The notes beneath the pieces are model-generated. The model was given only the letters and a program-made list of their open reading frames with translations. It was not told the origin of the DNA and made no database searches. From positions 52,773,350-52,837,349 of the forward strand of contig NC_068994.1 in assembly GCF_001194135.2 (NCBI RefSeq): DNA of 64,000 bases. Reading direction: 5' to 3'. The stretch comes from Octopus bimaculoides (Eukaryota). The translations under genes and the position numbers were made by a program. The stretch's first letter is position 1. The number at the start of each line of letters is the position of its first letter. This document shows, in pieces, positions 1 to 14,907 of this stretch.

Positions 1-1086
1 ATATATATATATATATATATAGGGAAAGAGAGAGAAAGAGACATAATGAGAGAGAGAGAGAGACTTGTACTTATTTTCAGGGTACATGAAACAGTAATTG
101 AGGAAACCCAAATATGTCCGATAACGTTGACAAGATTAATATTCGCATAGTAAAAAACAATGGCATTGATATATTACACTATGCACCCAACCCATATCAA
201 TTTTTACGGTTTATCAAAGCAGCCAATTCCTGTATTTGATGCAATATATAAAACATTATTAGTCAATGAATAATATCGACTTATCTCACAATTATTCCTA
301 ATTAGCTTTTAATGTCCTTTGCAATCTATACGTTAACGCTAAGTTAACTAACGATTTTTATGCGGATAGCAACTGTGCATAATTTATACTCTAATGTATT
401 CTAAATTTCTATGTCAACTAGATAGTGTAGATACAATATTTTATAATGGTTAGTACTTAACTTACTGCTATTTAGACGAGAAAATTGAGTATATATATCC
501 TCTTACATTCTACTGTTTTACAGAAAAGTCAAATTAAATTTTGTAGTTTTAGATGATGGAATGTTTTCAATCTTCATAGGTTTGCACAGAGTTGACTTCT
601 GACTGAACAACGATCACTCAACCTCCAGTAATATATTAAGACAATATATAAGGAAAATTACACGACAAATGTTGATTTAATTCGCTTAGAAAGCAATATA
701 CTTAGATGTCCTGAAATCGAAGGGCACAAATGTTGTATAGAGTCTATCATAACTATCTTGATATATGCACACGTTCATATTTGATTTCATATGAAAATGT
801 TGTGAAATAATATATTTTATCTGAAGGGATGAATCGAATACATCACGTCAGTTAATAATCAGCTAATTGTTTCAGACATATTCATAAAAGAAAAAAATGT
901 ATTACTATTGAATTTAAAACTTGCGCTTAACAAATTATTAGAACATTAACGAAGAAGTAGATAGAAAATTAACGGCTGCAAGTATTTATGTAACTAGAGG
1001 AATGAAAAATGAGAAAGCTTATAACATTTATTGAACACGAGAAAACGTAAAATTCTCAGATAATTTCCGAAGTAGGCATAATAACA

Positions 1087-1154
1087 TAAATTAAGTACCA
1101 GTTGTGACTGGCTCCCTCTCTCAAATTTCCGGCCATGTGCCTAGAGTAGAAGAG

Positions 1155-1156
<2 letters not shown>
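1087..1156 (+). mobile_element. SINE family A, 3' fragment
   Basis: TAAATTAAGTACCAGTTG...GTGCCTAGAGTAGAAGAG matches the 3' half of the full copy at 16165-16385. Confidence 0.7.

Positions 1157-1236
<80 letters not shown>
1155..1236. repeat. (TA)n-(TG)n microsatellite
   Basis: Directly visible dinucleotide run. Confidence 0.95.
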
Positions 1237-1242
<6 letters not shown>

Positions 1243-2270
1243 CATGTGTGTGTATGCTTGTATGTATAGTGACCACGTAGAAATCGACTGCCTGTCTGAG
1301 ACGTCGTTTAAAGTTTGTTAGTGAGTGTGTGAAAAGATTAAAGTCATAGTTTTAAATTACAATAAGTTTCTTCCTGATGCTCTATGTTCTTTATAACAGA
1401 ATCTGAATGTGCATGAATCATCGCACGACTATCACTTTTCCCTGACATCTTAGATACGATCCCTATTGTGTTCATCCAGAAACTCAACTCTAATGGACCG
1501 TTCTTCATTTCTTTATGTTTCTTTCTTCAACGGCTGTTAAACAGACTGTCTTTTGTGTGAAAGGTTTTCCTGAACATAAATATATTCTTAATAAAGACTA
1601 GAATTTATTCTATGACGGGCAATTATTGGAATCAAATACCGAATTTACCGTTTGAATTTGTTTCTCAGTGGTCGAGACGATACCTTAACTATAAAGAATT
1701 TAGGCACTTCAGGGGACCACAAGTGATAAGCTTGAAGTTACGGGCCATGAGATTACTCCACTAGAATATTTCAATATTTCTGGAAGTGGACGGCAAATTT
1801 CAACGCTGGATACCGATGTTGTATCTACGCAGTTAATTTAATAATACGCTACAAACTAATAAAATGTCTGCCGACGATGTGCAGCTTGGATAGATTCGCT
1901 GCGAAAATTTTATATATAAGGATATATAAAGATTTAATATAAAGCTATACTGAATATCTTATATCACGTCATTAACTTGAATTGTTGAGACTTTATATTC
2001 TTCTGATAATAGTGCACGTATATAGTTTTAAATTTGACGGATGAGAATCTCATAATGTTTAATAAAAATATCTCTGTATTTTAATAAAATGACTGCATAT
2101 CCATGATGCGTTTGGAAAATAATATCGTTATATTGTGCCGGTAGATATGCTTGAAATTAAAGCCTGATTTCAAATGACTTTCTGTTTACTTTATCGATAT
2201 TTCATTAGTACTAACTTGTGAGCTGAAAGAAAATTTGCTGCATCGGTTGTGGGAGAATTTGTTTCCGATC

Positions 2271-2345
2271 TATATATTCTGGTTTCAAATCATCCCACAG
2301 AGGTCAAATTTTTATTCCGTTCCTTCGGAGTCGATAAAATATGGA
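2271..2345 (+). mobile_element. SINE family A, diverged central fragment
   Basis: TTCTGGTTTCAAATCATCCCACAGAGGTCAAA...CCTTCGGAGTCGATAAAAT resembles the B-box and core of other copies. Confidence 0.5.
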
Positions 2346-2725
2346 ACGAGTCATATTCAAAGGTCGATGGTATTGACTACATACACCCCTCAGAATTTCT
2401 GCCTTATACCTTAAATTAGAAGCCATTATTTTCAGCAAATGAACTGAATATATGTTTAGAGCGTCAAATAAAATACTTTGCGATATTTAGTCACCGCTCT
2501 TTGTGTTCCGATTTCAAATCCCTTCCTAAGTCAGCTTTATTTTGATTCTTTGGAGTTCGTTAAAATAGAGTATTTGTTAGGTCATATAGTCAATGGCATT
2601 GATTAACTTACTCTCCGTAAAATTTAAAGACTTGTGTCAACATTAGAAATGATTACTATTAACATTTATTTGAAAGAATTTGTGGAGCATTTTACAGAAT
2701 GCTTTATGATATTTGACAACAATAT

Positions 2726-2815
2726 TTTACGTTCTGAGTTCAAATCCCACTGAAAGCAACATTGTCACAGATTCTTTAGAGATAGACGAAATAAATACCA
2801 GTCATTAACTGAGTT
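2726..2815 (+). mobile_element. SINE family A, diverged fragment
   Basis: TTTACGTTCTGAGTTCAAATCCCAC (B box) followed by ATAAATACCAGTC. Confidence 0.5.
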
Positions 2816-3424
2816 TTCCGGTAATAGACTAGACATGAATACACGAAGCATTAATTATGTTACGTATTGTGATGTTTGTGGAATAAAAAAAGAACAGGAT
2901 TTTTTATGTGAGAGATTTCGAGAGCGATGGTTTATATGTATGCTGAAGTTCACTTACCTAATGCAGATTTAGAAATTGATTTACGTTCTGAACATGCATT
3001 CACATAATATATGTATTGCGTTTTATTCTTACTTTTAGCATCGATATAGAGAATAATGTTTTGAGGACGCACGAATCATTCGTAATGTCAAGTTGTATGT
3101 GGAGGATAGAAATAATATTTTCATAACAGATATAAAATCGTGTACAGGAAGAGAGATGCAGAAAAAATGGCGTTCGCATAATAATAACGACAATAACAGT
3201 GAGCATTGAAATGATGTTATACACTTGATGATAATTGTAAGTTTTGAAAAGTTAATGGATGTACTTTATTTGTTGATCGAAAGAAGTGACAGGTGGGGAA
3301 CAGAAATAAACGACTGTATCTATGAAATAACATTGTCAAAATATTCAGACGACAACACTGTATACAGAAACACTCTGCCACAACACGAAACATATATGTG
3401 CGTGTATGTGTGTACGTGTATTTA

Positions 3425-3425
<1 letters not shown>

Positions 3426-3506
<81 letters not shown>

Positions 3507-3592
3507 CACACGCGCGCGCACACACACACACTCTCTCACACACACATACACACACACACACACTCTCTCACACACACACACACACACACACA
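3426..3592. repeat. (CA)n microsatellite
   Basis: Directly visible; the source of the HT/CV pseudo-ORFs. Confidence 0.95.
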
Positions 3593-4516
3593 TATTTGAA
3601 TATAAACATAGACATAATTCCATGGAAACATCTTGTATTAAGAAAAGCACAATGTTTTAGTCTTCTAAGTATTATTTTATTTTTCTCATAGAAGTGTATA
3701 AGTACCTTGCAAAATATTGCGAACTGTAGAAATTTCAAGTTCCATATTTTCTTCATACTTTTGTTGCTCTTTCTGCATGTTAGCTACTATCATAGAATGT
3801 CAAAAGGACAAATTTTGACATCACGGCTGGAATTTAAAATTCAATACTGAATTAAACAAACAGGTCCCGCAAAAAAACATCGACTGATGCAATATAAGGT
3901 TACGGAAAAACTACATAACTCCTTTAATTTATTTTGTAGTTCATATTCCGTACGGTACTCTATCATAAATACCATATATACGGGTTGAACTACAGGAACA
4001 ATAAGCAATCACGGTTGTAAGCACGTTCGTTGATACATGATGAATCGTGATGTTGTAGGTGTATGGAATAACATAAATTCCAATGGACCGGGTAAATCCT
4101 GCTCTCACACATCGAAAATACACTCATCGGAAAATAAGTGATACATCCATACATTCACACATGTATAAATTTATGTGTGTTTCTATAAGAAGCTGGGTGT
4201 AAACAGCTAGCTCACTTTCACAGCAAACGATGTCAATGAAATTTGTGGAAATACCACTGACAACCTACGGTAAACATCAGTTAAAATTTTTCATTAATGT
4301 AGTGCCTAGGAATCTCCATCTTCAAGTAGTCTTGGTTATCATGAGAAGGTGAAACCGGTGATATTGATATTGTAAACAATATATAATATTGTAAATAAAT
4401 TTTCTTGAAGAGTATTGTCAACTTCTTTACATTTCTCGATACTTGTGTGGAAACATAGTCTTGTGGGTGTGCATGCGTGAAAGAGAGATGAATACATGGA
4501 TGCAGTGATGGATACT

Positions 4517-4550
<34 letters not shown>

Positions 4551-4570
4551 TGTGTGCAGGCGTGCGTTTG

Positions 4571-4605
<35 letters not shown>

Positions 4606-4952
4606 NNNNNNNNNNNNNNNNNNNNNNNNNNNNNNNNNNNNNNNNNNNNNNNNNNNNNNNNNNNNNNNNNNNNNNNNNNNNNNNNNNNNNNNNNNNNNNN
4701 NNNNNNNNNNNNNNNNNNNNNNNNNNNNNNNNNNNNNNNNNNNNNNNNNNNNNNNNNNNNNNNNNNNNNNNNNNNNNNNNNNNNNNNNNNNNNNNNNNNN
4801 NNNNNNNNNNNNNNNNNNNNNNNNNNNNNNNNNNNNNNNNNNNNNNNNNNNNNNNNNNNNNNNNNNNNNNNNNNNNNNNNNNNNNNNNNNNNNNNNNNNN
4901 NNNNNNNNNNNNNNNNNNNNNNNNNNNNNNNNNNNNNNNNNNNNNNNNNNNN

Positions 4953-5028
<76 letters not shown>

Positions 5029-5357
5029 CATTAATATTATTATCATTAGTATCTCTCGTGGAGTTGAATTATATAATGGCTCTAGATAAGGAACTAACAA
5101 AATATCTTTAATATGATTACGAAGAAACCAGAGAAAATACGTGACAGGCTTACTTAGACATAAAACTATCTGAATATCGAAGAATGAACAGACGACAGTG
5201 ATTTGAAAGAAAATACTACAAACAACTTCACTATTTGTTGAGACTTGAAAGTATTGATGACGATTTTATTCGAGAAGTGATGCGAAAGGTTGCCGGTATC
5301 TCAAATATATATGTAAGTGTATATATGTATGTATGTATATATATATGTGTGTGTGTG

Positions 5358-5396
<39 letters not shown>

Positions 5397-7700
5397 NNNN
5401 NNNNNNNNNNNNNNNNNNNNNNNNNNNNNNNNNNNNNNNNNNNNNNNNNNNNNNNNNNNNNNNNNNNNNNNNNNNNNNNNNNNNNNNNNNNNNNNNNNNN
5501 NNNNNNNNNNNNNNNNNNNNNNNNNNNNNNNNNNNNNNNNNNNNNNNNNNNNNNNNNNNNNNNNNNNNNNNNNNNNNNNNNNNNNNNNNNNNNNNNNNNN
5601 NNNNNNNNNNNNNNNNNNNNNNNNNNNNNNNNNNNNNNNNNNNNNNNNNNNNNNNNNNNNNNNNNNNNNNNNNNNNNNNNNNNNNNNNNNNNNNNNNNNN
5701 NNNNNNNNNNNNNNNNNNNNNNNNNNNNNNNNNNNNNNNNNNNNNNNNNNNNNNNNNNNNNNNNNNNNNNNNNNNNNNNNNNNNNNNNNNNNNNNNNNNN
5801 NNNNNNNNNNNNNNNNNNNNNNNNNNNNNNNNNNNNNNNNNNNNNNNNNNGTTGTGTACAGATATTGTATATTGAGTAAAAGGAAGAACTCAGAAATTGG
5901 GATAATCCATTATTAGCACATTCGTTCGTTTACGAACTCAATATAAAATCAAGATCAAAACGGACCATTTTAATTTTGATTTTCTATTGATTTCGTAAAA
6001 GAACGAAAGTGCTAATAATGCATTATATAAAATACTCACTGCTTCCTTTTTCGCAATATATATATATATATATATATAAATATAAGAGCACACATGAAAC
6101 GCATTTGTACCGTGAATAATTATCACAAATTTATCAGCAATTGGGCGAAGAGAACATTAACCGTAAATAAGTTTGTCACAAGAGAATTCAGTTACATTAA
6201 ATACATCATAAGGAGATGGAAAATTGTTGTGCTGATATACAAAAGAAGGATTTATTGCATAAAGCTGAATCTCTATTAGAAGAATATGTGTGTATAGGAG
6301 TCCATATCAGCACTTTGTCTGCCGCATGCGCATCAAATAAACACATTAACATAAAATATATTGACCTCGAATTCAAATGATATGAGAGAGATATCGACAA
6401 TTATATATGTCTGCATGTCTGTGTATACATACATATAATCTTGCATACATACTTACGTATATAAATAAATAAATAAATACCGTCATACACACACTATGAC
6501 ACATATATATTCATGTATAAAGAACAACAAAATCTACTTCCGATTCTATACAAATGTACCCGAGAAATAGACATGATGCTCGGTGAACAAAAACACACAG
6601 CCAACCATGAAAAGAGGAAAATTAATTAACAACTATGATAAAAGAGAATTACACCAAACACAAATACTCGCGAACCAATGAACTCAATGAAATAGAATAG
6701 ACACAAAAAAGAGTAAAGTTTATAGAATTTTATAAACCCATTACATTATATTAGAAAACAGTTAAATTCAAGTATATGAAACTATTTCCATGCATTGTCT
6801 ATTTTAGTATTAAGTTATAGTTATAGTGTTCATAATTGAAAGCTAAATGAATTAGCAAGACTAGACAGAATAACAAGTAAAATTAGTTATTTCATTTATA
6901 AATATTGTTCTAAGTTTGAAATCAAGAATATAATCTTTTAGTCTCACAAATATATTGAATTAGATGTACGCAAATGTAATAAAAAAAAGTGAAAACTAAT
7001 ATTAAAAACCATAAAACAGGGAAAAAATGTTTTCCATCTTCGAGCAAACTAACAAATAGGTAGGTTAGACTGAACTGAAAGACATTTGTCAGAAATACGA
7101 AATACCAACATAAAATGATAAACAAAAGGAAAGACCTGGGTAGAATTTCAATTTCAGTTTCAATACCTATGTACATACACATGCGTATATTATGTGTGTA
7201 AGTGTGTGTGTGTGTGTGTGAATAATTATATAAGCCTTTTATTGTTAATAATTTACAATAATATCAGTGGCTAGCATGCGTAAAACAAGCATAAAGGCAA
7301 AATTATTAATTAATATTGGAGGGTACTACTGGTACCACCAACGTGCTAAAAATAGCAGTCAAAATGACTCAAAAACCACAGCTTTCACTTAAACACAAGG
7401 AAAAAATCCAGGGAGGGAGCAGTGGAAATTCAAGATATCGTCTTGTTGACGAATAGAATCAAAAAGTCGAAAATGAAACTCAGATTTTCGATATAAAAGT
7501 TAAGGAATAACTTATCGAAAACAGTTCATGTGTCTGCGGAGCACGTTCACCCCTTATAGATACCAGGCATCATCAGCGATACTTACTAAACATCGTTGTA
7601 ACAAAACCAGGAATTCCAGGATGGACGTTGGGTATATATTAATGATAAATAGAGATGGAATATACCAAAAAAAAAAAAGAATTATTACCACAACAATTGC

Positions 7701-7829
7701 TTCAACTTCAAGATGCGCTGCTCCATGTCAGATTATCCCACCTGAGGAGTCTTCTATGCACTGTGCGTTGCATCTGGTGTTATTGCATCGTTCCACGACC
7801 ACAAGGGTGCAGTGCATCTTGAAGATGAA
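7701..7829. mobile_element. Candidate 129-bp MITE (24-bp terminal inverted repeats, 8-bp flanking direct repeat)
   Basis: 7701-7724 TTCAACTTCAAGATGCGCTGCTCC matches the reverse complement of 7806-7829 (TTCATCTTCAAGATGCACTGCACC) at 21/24. Flanks are ACAATTGC (7693-7700) and ACACTTGC (7830-7837), 7/8 identical. Confidence 0.5.
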
Positions 7830-7864
7830 ACACTTGCTGTGGTAATATGAAATGTTTTTTTGTG

Positions 7865-8030
7865 AAGGTGAGGACTAGTCGATTACATCAACCCAAGTGT
7901 TTCACTAGTACTTAATGTATCGACCCCGAAAAGATAAAAGGCAAAGTGAAGCTCGGCGGAATTTGAACTCAGAACGTAAAGACGGACGAAATGCCACTAA
8001 GTATTTTTCACGGCGTTCTAATCTCCTAGC
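7865..8030 (-). mobile_element. SINE family A
   Basis: Reverse-complement B box ATTTGAACTC at 7961-7970 and core ATCGACCCCGAAAAGATAAAAGGCAAAG. Confidence 0.85.
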
Positions 8031-8639
8031 TAATTTAATGATACTTATAATAAATGAAAAAAATAACAGTATGCTGAATAGAGGGACTCAAAAGACGGAA
8101 AACAAGGATTTTTAACTAGCAACAATGTCCCTAATATACCACGCTTGATCATGACTAGTGCAGTGCACGCAAACATCTATTTATATCGATGGAAACACAT
8201 TAAAGAGATTTTTTAAATGGCTGAACTTCTGAAGGATACTTATGAGAACATAAGAAATATACCAAGTAATTAATACAACGTTAGTATATTTTCTCACATA
8301 AGTAACTTATTACAGATGTTTGCAATAATAACGTATTTTCTACCGCACATAGAAACACTGAACAAGAACATCTCAAACCAACACTGTAGCGATACGAATT
8401 CCTAACGCCATACACAACAGAGGAAGTCGTATCGATTTTTCCATGTGTAAAAACAGAACAACTGGAATATAGGATAAAGAAACTGGTAATGCATCCATGA
8501 ACACAAATAAGCCAGAATTAGATGAAAATGATGTCAGTTAAAATAAGCAATCAGAATTTACTCCCGAGTCTTGTAAGTATAAGACAAAATGATAAGTAGA
8601 TCAGAGATGAATACCTTTCCAAACTACATATATGTGCAT

Positions 8640-9037
8640 AAAATCATGTATACATATACATACATATACACAGGTGCGCGCACACGTACACACACATATG
8701 TACACACAGATGCACACATACATATATATGTACATATACATATAGATAGTTATAGCTATATATAGGGATGTATATTATATAACTACATATATATATTTAT
8801 TTACTTACATATATATTCGTATTCATATACATATATATATAAATAAATATATATATATCATATATATATATATATATATCATATATATATGCATACATAT
8901 ATATATATTTATGTATGTATATATAAATGTATACTTATATATACATACATATATACATATATATATGTGTGTGTGTGTGTGTGTTATCTGTAAACATATC
9001 ATATATATGTATATATGTTATTTGGAAAGAAAACAAC

Positions 9038-9084
<47 letters not shown>

Positions 9085-9105
9085 GAGAGAGAGGGAGAGG
9101 GAGAG

Positions 9106-9136
<31 letters not shown>

Positions 9137-9160
9137 AAGAGTGGGAGAGAGAGAGAGATA
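8640..9160. repeat. Compound (TA)/(CA)/(TG)/(GA) microsatellite tract
   Basis: Directly visible low-complexity dinucleotide mosaic. Confidence 0.9.
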
Positions 9161-10244
9161 CTTATACATTGCTTGTAAAGAAAATAAACCTCATGCAAAA
9201 GTGGCTTTGGATCCGAAAAGACTAGTATATTTAAGAAGATGCAATCTCGGAACCAAAAAAGGGATTAAATAGAACACCTAAAATATAAAGTGGTAATAAA
9301 AATACGAAGGAACTTAAATTTAAGAATCGAGAATAAACAATATGTAATTGAAGCAAAAAAACCATTCGAAACGTGAACACGATTTATGTAACGCACGCAA
9401 GACATTAAAAGAAACAAGAGAGTATGGGATATATCAAAAACAGATACATCTATAAAACATTGCTGAGCAAAAGACAAACGAGAGCACAAAAGAAAAACGA
9501 ACGTATGAACCAAATGGAAAGCGGAAAGAAGGTGCTTGAATACAAAATTGCAAAAAGGAAAATTCTAAATATATACAATGTTCTAAAGACGGATGTTTTT
9601 AAGGAGTTAATATCGATAGATATATTTAAGCAGAGAAAGACTCTGTTCAGAAGTATGGAAGTTAACAATAAAATACTAATAACAAAGTGTAAACCTGAAA
9701 ATAGATAAATGAAATTTGTTTGGAAATTGAGTATTGCTAGGATAGAATAAATATTTTACAGCCGCAACATATTGACTGGAACACGAGGACTTTTATAGAT
9801 TTACTCATGCGGGATTACCAAAACCGAAAGAAACATTTTTGAAAATAAAGCAAAATGCTAGTTAAACATTTATAGAAATTTTTCTTACATTCTTTAATAT
9901 AATCAATAAAAAATTATACATTTCAAAAAGCAGATTTAGATGCAAATATATAAATACAGAGAATATATCTACTCAAGCATTATACAAATTTAAGAACGAA
10001 TGTAAAAAATGGCTCTATTTTATTCCAAGCAGAGATTAGGGAAATAATGATAGCTTTTTCTACCGATATATTAATTTCACGAGGGCGATTCGGATTGAGA
10101 TAGAATTATTGTCAATCACTGCTTATATTCCAACGCGGATACGTATTAATTGAATCATAGCACATTGTACACGAAGGTGGAATTGACACAAAATGCTGAC
10201 TGCATGTATAGGCATTTTCCAAGAATGCGCGCGCGCGTGTGTGT

Positions 10245-10279
<35 letters not shown>

Positions 10280-11718
10280 TGCATTATGAATTATATATTT
10301 GTTATATATACATATATATACACACATATATATATANNNNNNNNNNNNNNNNNNNNNNNNNNNNNNNNNNNNNNNNNNNNNNNNNNNNNNNNNNNNNNNN
10401 NNNNNNNNATATATATACATACACATATATACGTATATATATATATATATATATATATAAACTCTCCCAAAACCTTAATATTGTATATGTATATGTGTGT
10501 GTGCGTGTGTGTGTGTGCGTGTGTCTGTGTCTGTGTATGTATGTGTGTATGTGGGCATGTATCTGCATGTGTGTGTATGTGTATATGTAAGTTAGAATAT
10601 ACCCATGATTTCAATAAAAGTAAGCTAGGAAGGATGTAAGTTCTATACTCTTTTGTTTCTTGAATGGATGTCTTATGTAGCTTGCAAAATTGTGTGACGT
10701 GTTTTGTTGCATGTGGTACAGGTTCCAGTACAGGCAACATTCGATAGTAGTCTCCCAAGAGTGTGAAATCTTGTCGATTCTGCTGCATACCCTGGCAAAG
10801 TAGTCGTAAATAATCTTAAGTGTATGCTATGAATAATTACATAAAAATATACAGAAATAGGAAGAAAATCTAGTATTCTTAAGCCGTATCACATTATTAG
10901 GAAACAAAAATTATTCTTTGAGCATCCCCCATCAGATGTGCCCAACACGGGTTAGATTTAACACACCGATTTTGTCAAAATAGATTGAGCTCTCGCAAAC
11001 CTGTGCTACATGAGTACAATTATTTATGTGATTTTGTAATACTATGACATCAACATTGAAGTATCAGAGGATGATCATTTGACGCACTCTTTAAGACAGT
11101 AGCCTAAGTCACAACAATTTTTGTAGGAAATGCGTCAAAATAACATTGGAGAGAAGATAAATAATTATCAAGCAACATGACAGAAATCAGAAATAAGGCA
11201 ATTACACTAAGCTTAGTCTTAGAAATACTTAGGATTTAAATCACTTATCAGAATAGAGAACGTAAATATAATGTATCTATATTTAAAGTAATTAATACTT
11301 GTGATTTGTTAAACTAATACTTCGATAAGAGATAATAAAAAAAAAAGCCACCACTCTTCTCAATTTCATATTTATTATATTCGCGAAATTAAGTGAAATG
11401 ATAAGAGCACAAGTAAATTAATGCTTGTACTTAAAACTATGTGCGCTAAGCCAAAATCAAAAACACTATAGCTACGTTGATATAAGTCAGAATTTGCAAT
11501 AAAATATAAACTGTAGGGCTAGAAAAATATGAAAGAAAATTATATAAAAACAGTTAAGAAAAATGTACAAATCCCCACAAAAGTTGTCAGTTGTCAATGA
11601 AGACAACGAATAAGTAAGAATTTTCACAAAATAAAATCAGTATCGTTTAAAAGATACGGTGGATGTCACGCTATGACCATGACAAGAGTGATAGCAAAGG
11701 TATATATATGTATATATA

Positions 11719-12105
11719 GAGGAAGTTTCAAAAAATTTGATATCATTTGAGATGTAAATATCACAGAAACTACATAGTCAAAGCAAATGAAACTAAACAG
11801 GATTAATGTTGAGCAACATAAGATTTATTCCTCCAAATTTGAATGAGAAATTCAAAGGAATGTGGATTCCATGAACGATTTCACATTGTTTGCGCTTTCG
11901 CTTGCCATCTGCCATTATGGCCTGAACGAGCTGCAGCTTGTAAGGTTTCATTAGCAACCGTTTCCTTAGGACATGCCAAACTGTCATTGGAGGAATCTGG
12001 GTTTCTAGACATGTTCTTCTTATGGACTTCATAGCGTTTAGCAAGAGTTTTTGGCGAACCCGCTCGACCGTCTCTTCCGATGTTAGTGGTCGTCCAGCCG
12101 TTGAA
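11719..12105 (-). mobile_element. Internally deleted Tc1/mariner element (N-terminal DNA-binding region plus one terminus)
   Basis: The minus frame gives GRPLTSEETVERVRQ...KSIRRTCLETQIPPMTVWHVLRKRLLMKPYKLQLVQA, typical of mariner-like transposase HTH regions. The DDD/E domain is absent. A TIR-like end TA|GAGGAAGTTTCAAAAAATTTGATATC lies at 11719. Confidence 0.8.
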
Positions 12106-12110
12106 GACAC

Positions 12111-12290
12111 AGAGCAAAATGCTTAGCAACATTTCATCCATCTTTACGTTCTGCGATCAAATTACGCAGTGGTCGACTTTGCATTTCCTCCTTTCACTGT
12201 CGATAAAATAAGTACTGTTCATGAACTGAGGCCAGTGTAATCGATTTATTTCTCCTCATAACTTGCTGGCCTTGTGCCAAAATTTGAATC
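12111..12290 (+). mobile_element. SINE family A (5'-truncated), abutting the mariner relic
   Basis: AAATGCTTAGC...TTTACGTTCTGCGATCAAATT...GGTCGACTTTGC...GTCGATAAAATAAGTAC...GGCCTTGTGCCAAAATTTGAA. Confidence 0.8.
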
Positions 12291-12869
12291 CACTTTATGT
12301 GTAAATTAATACATCAAACTATTTTCCAACAATTAGGATTTTCTTTGACCTTATATGAGTTTCTAACGTTTATAATCGAATTGCCATTTGGACGTTATGT
12401 GTAAAAATATATCAATATCAATGTCTCAATATGAATATTGTCACCTAATATTACGTCACAAATCCGATCGTCTGCTCCCTTTGTTTCATTTGTTTGACGC
12501 ATCATCCAATCAATTGCAACGAAGATAATTTTCGGCTGCCACTGGTAACAGGTTTTATTGGGAAAGATTTCAACAATCGTCCATTGTGTATCACTCTCTT
12601 TGTAGATCTGTTGAATGATATAATGGGAATATTGGGAATCCGTAAGTATTAAGCAAAGGATTATCAATAGCAACAGCGAATGTATCGTGGTGTTATATCA
12701 GAGTGAGAGATAATTAATGAACGACGCAAATATTGTCAGAAATCACCAAGCTTGGTCATACGAAAGATGCTAAACTTTAAATATTGAGGAAGCTGGGAAT
12801 GTCAAGCACTTCCTTTATAACGATAAGTAGAAGCCTAGAGGCCCATACGCCATGCTATAACGTAAGGCA

Positions 12870-13090
12870 GGTAGAGATGGGTGCGGGTGTATTAAAGACA
12901 GTTGAGGAATTTTGAGTTGAAAAACCTTGACTGATACTGGGTACGAAAAGAGAATGCAGAAAAAAAACTGAAGATTATATGGCGAAGTTTTGAAAAAGGA
13001 GAGCTGATGGTGTTGAGGGTGAAACGAAATGATACTAAATAAATTGCACAGAAGGGGACAAGCTGGAAGAACACTGGTTTCGTATTTCTC
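12870..13090 (+). mobile_element. Highly degenerate RTE-like LINE reverse-transcriptase C-terminal remnant
   Basis: Frameshifted motifs LKTVEEF, LYGEVLKKE and DKLEEHWF appear in the order of the RTE motifs (L.KV.EFKYLG, LYG.E.W, EKL.E.RL.WFGH). Many stops; recognised by eye. Confidence 0.35.
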
Positions 13091-14760
13091 ACCAATACTC
13101 ACAATTTTCTTTGAGATTTCCACAATTATATACTGTAACGCATGTGTGAGAAAATCGAATTATCTTTACAATATATATATATATATATATATATANNNNN
13201 NNNNNNNNNNNNNNNNNNNNNNNNNNNNNNNNNNNNNNNNNNNNNNNNNNNNNNNNNNNNNNNNNNNNNNNNNNNNNNNNNNNNNNNNNNNNNNNNNNNN
13301 NNNNNNNNNNNNNNNNNNNNNNNNNNNNNNNNNNNNNNNNNNNNNNNNNNNNNNNNNNNNNNNNNNNNNNNNNNNNNNNNNNNNNNNNNNNNNNNNNNNN
13401 NNNNNNNNNNNNNNTATATATATATATACTTTACTTGTGTATAAAGTCTCTTATTGGTTTCAAGTTACGAAAATATCTTAACAACTTTTCAAAAACCGAT
13501 CCCATAAACGAATTGGTGTTCGTCTTTATTTTGTATTAAAACACAAATAAACACAGAAATTCAGAATGAAGTCGTACTCGAATTTTGGGTAAGCATAAAC
13601 AAGAAATCAAGAGGAACGACGCATTCGTAACAACTCTTGCATGATTATCTCACTTGGGTTTGACTTTTGGAAAAAAAATTGGGCTGAATGATCAGTCTAT
13701 TTATATTATGTGATATCTGGGATATGCGTATTTTCGTATGTTTGTGTACTGAGGGAGTTTATCATGAGGGCATATGTAATATGTGTGTGGAATCTGTATG
13801 TTGTACATATCTAATTTTCACGTCCTTGCTGGGTATCATTGTGTGAAACTTACTTAACGTCATCAATATCGACATATTCTTAATCTGGTCGCCATCTGTT
13901 TGCCACAGTAGTTATTTATCTCTGTTTTCTTGAATGTGTGTAGACGAAATTTTTCTATGCATGGTAGGGGATAGTTGCTACTGATAACACACAAACAGGC
14001 ACAACTCCTGAATCAAGCAAATTTATCACCAATACTGCAGTTCTATAACTTAAAGCGGGCTTCTTTTTCGGATTTATGTTTTACGACGATATATATATAT
14101 ATATGATAGCTTTTTCTCTGTCTTCACTAGACTCAGGCAGAATGGACCCAAATATAATTCAGATATGCTAATTTGAAACTTCAAACATGGTGCGGTTTTC
14201 TATAAGTACACAATATCGCAGCTCCTAAATACGTTGTATTGCATACGCAAATATCAGCGTTTGGTCATTTAAACACAGAAAAGAAAGCAACAACATCTAA
14301 ATAAATTTTCTGATTCTGCGTATAAATCCATAATACACAGAAATGTCCAGGAGAAACGCACATTCATAAAATAAAGGAAAAAGAAGAAGCATTCATCAAC
14401 AGCTAGAAACCTGTTAGATAGATATTTGTATGAATAAACAAAACATGGTTCACGTATACACCAGTAATGTTTTCAGAACCAAATAATAAAATTAGACATA
14501 AGAAAGAGACATAGACACTTTATTGGTCCGTTGTTATGAGCATTACCAACCTTTATCTGAAATATTCCATGTATAATACCAATGCGTTTAATCTAACTTC
14601 CAAATTGAATTGGAGATCGCCAATGCAAATCGAAAGTAAGCGTGTTGAAATAAAACAAACTTATTACCTATTGAAGAAAAAAAAACAAAAACAAAAACAA
14701 AACATTATAGCTTCGAATGACACGACGTTATTTTAACCTGGTGAATGCAGTGAATTGTAT

Positions 14761-14866
14761 TGCTGCTGCTGCTGTTGCTGCTGGTGCTGCGACTGCTGTT
14801 TCTACTACTACCACTACTACTACCACTACTACTACCACTACTACTACTACTACTACTACTATTACA

Positions 14867-14907
<41 letters not shown>

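Noticed and set aside
7541-7580. Possible fifth hammerhead on the minus strand (CTGATGATGCC...GGGTGAACGT)
   Set aside because: GAAA is broken, stem II is poor and there is no stem I.
9424-9708. 94-aa Lys-rich ORF with faint resemblance to LINE linker regions (EYKIAKRK)
   Set aside because: A-rich composition explains both the open frame and the similarity; no diagnostic motif.
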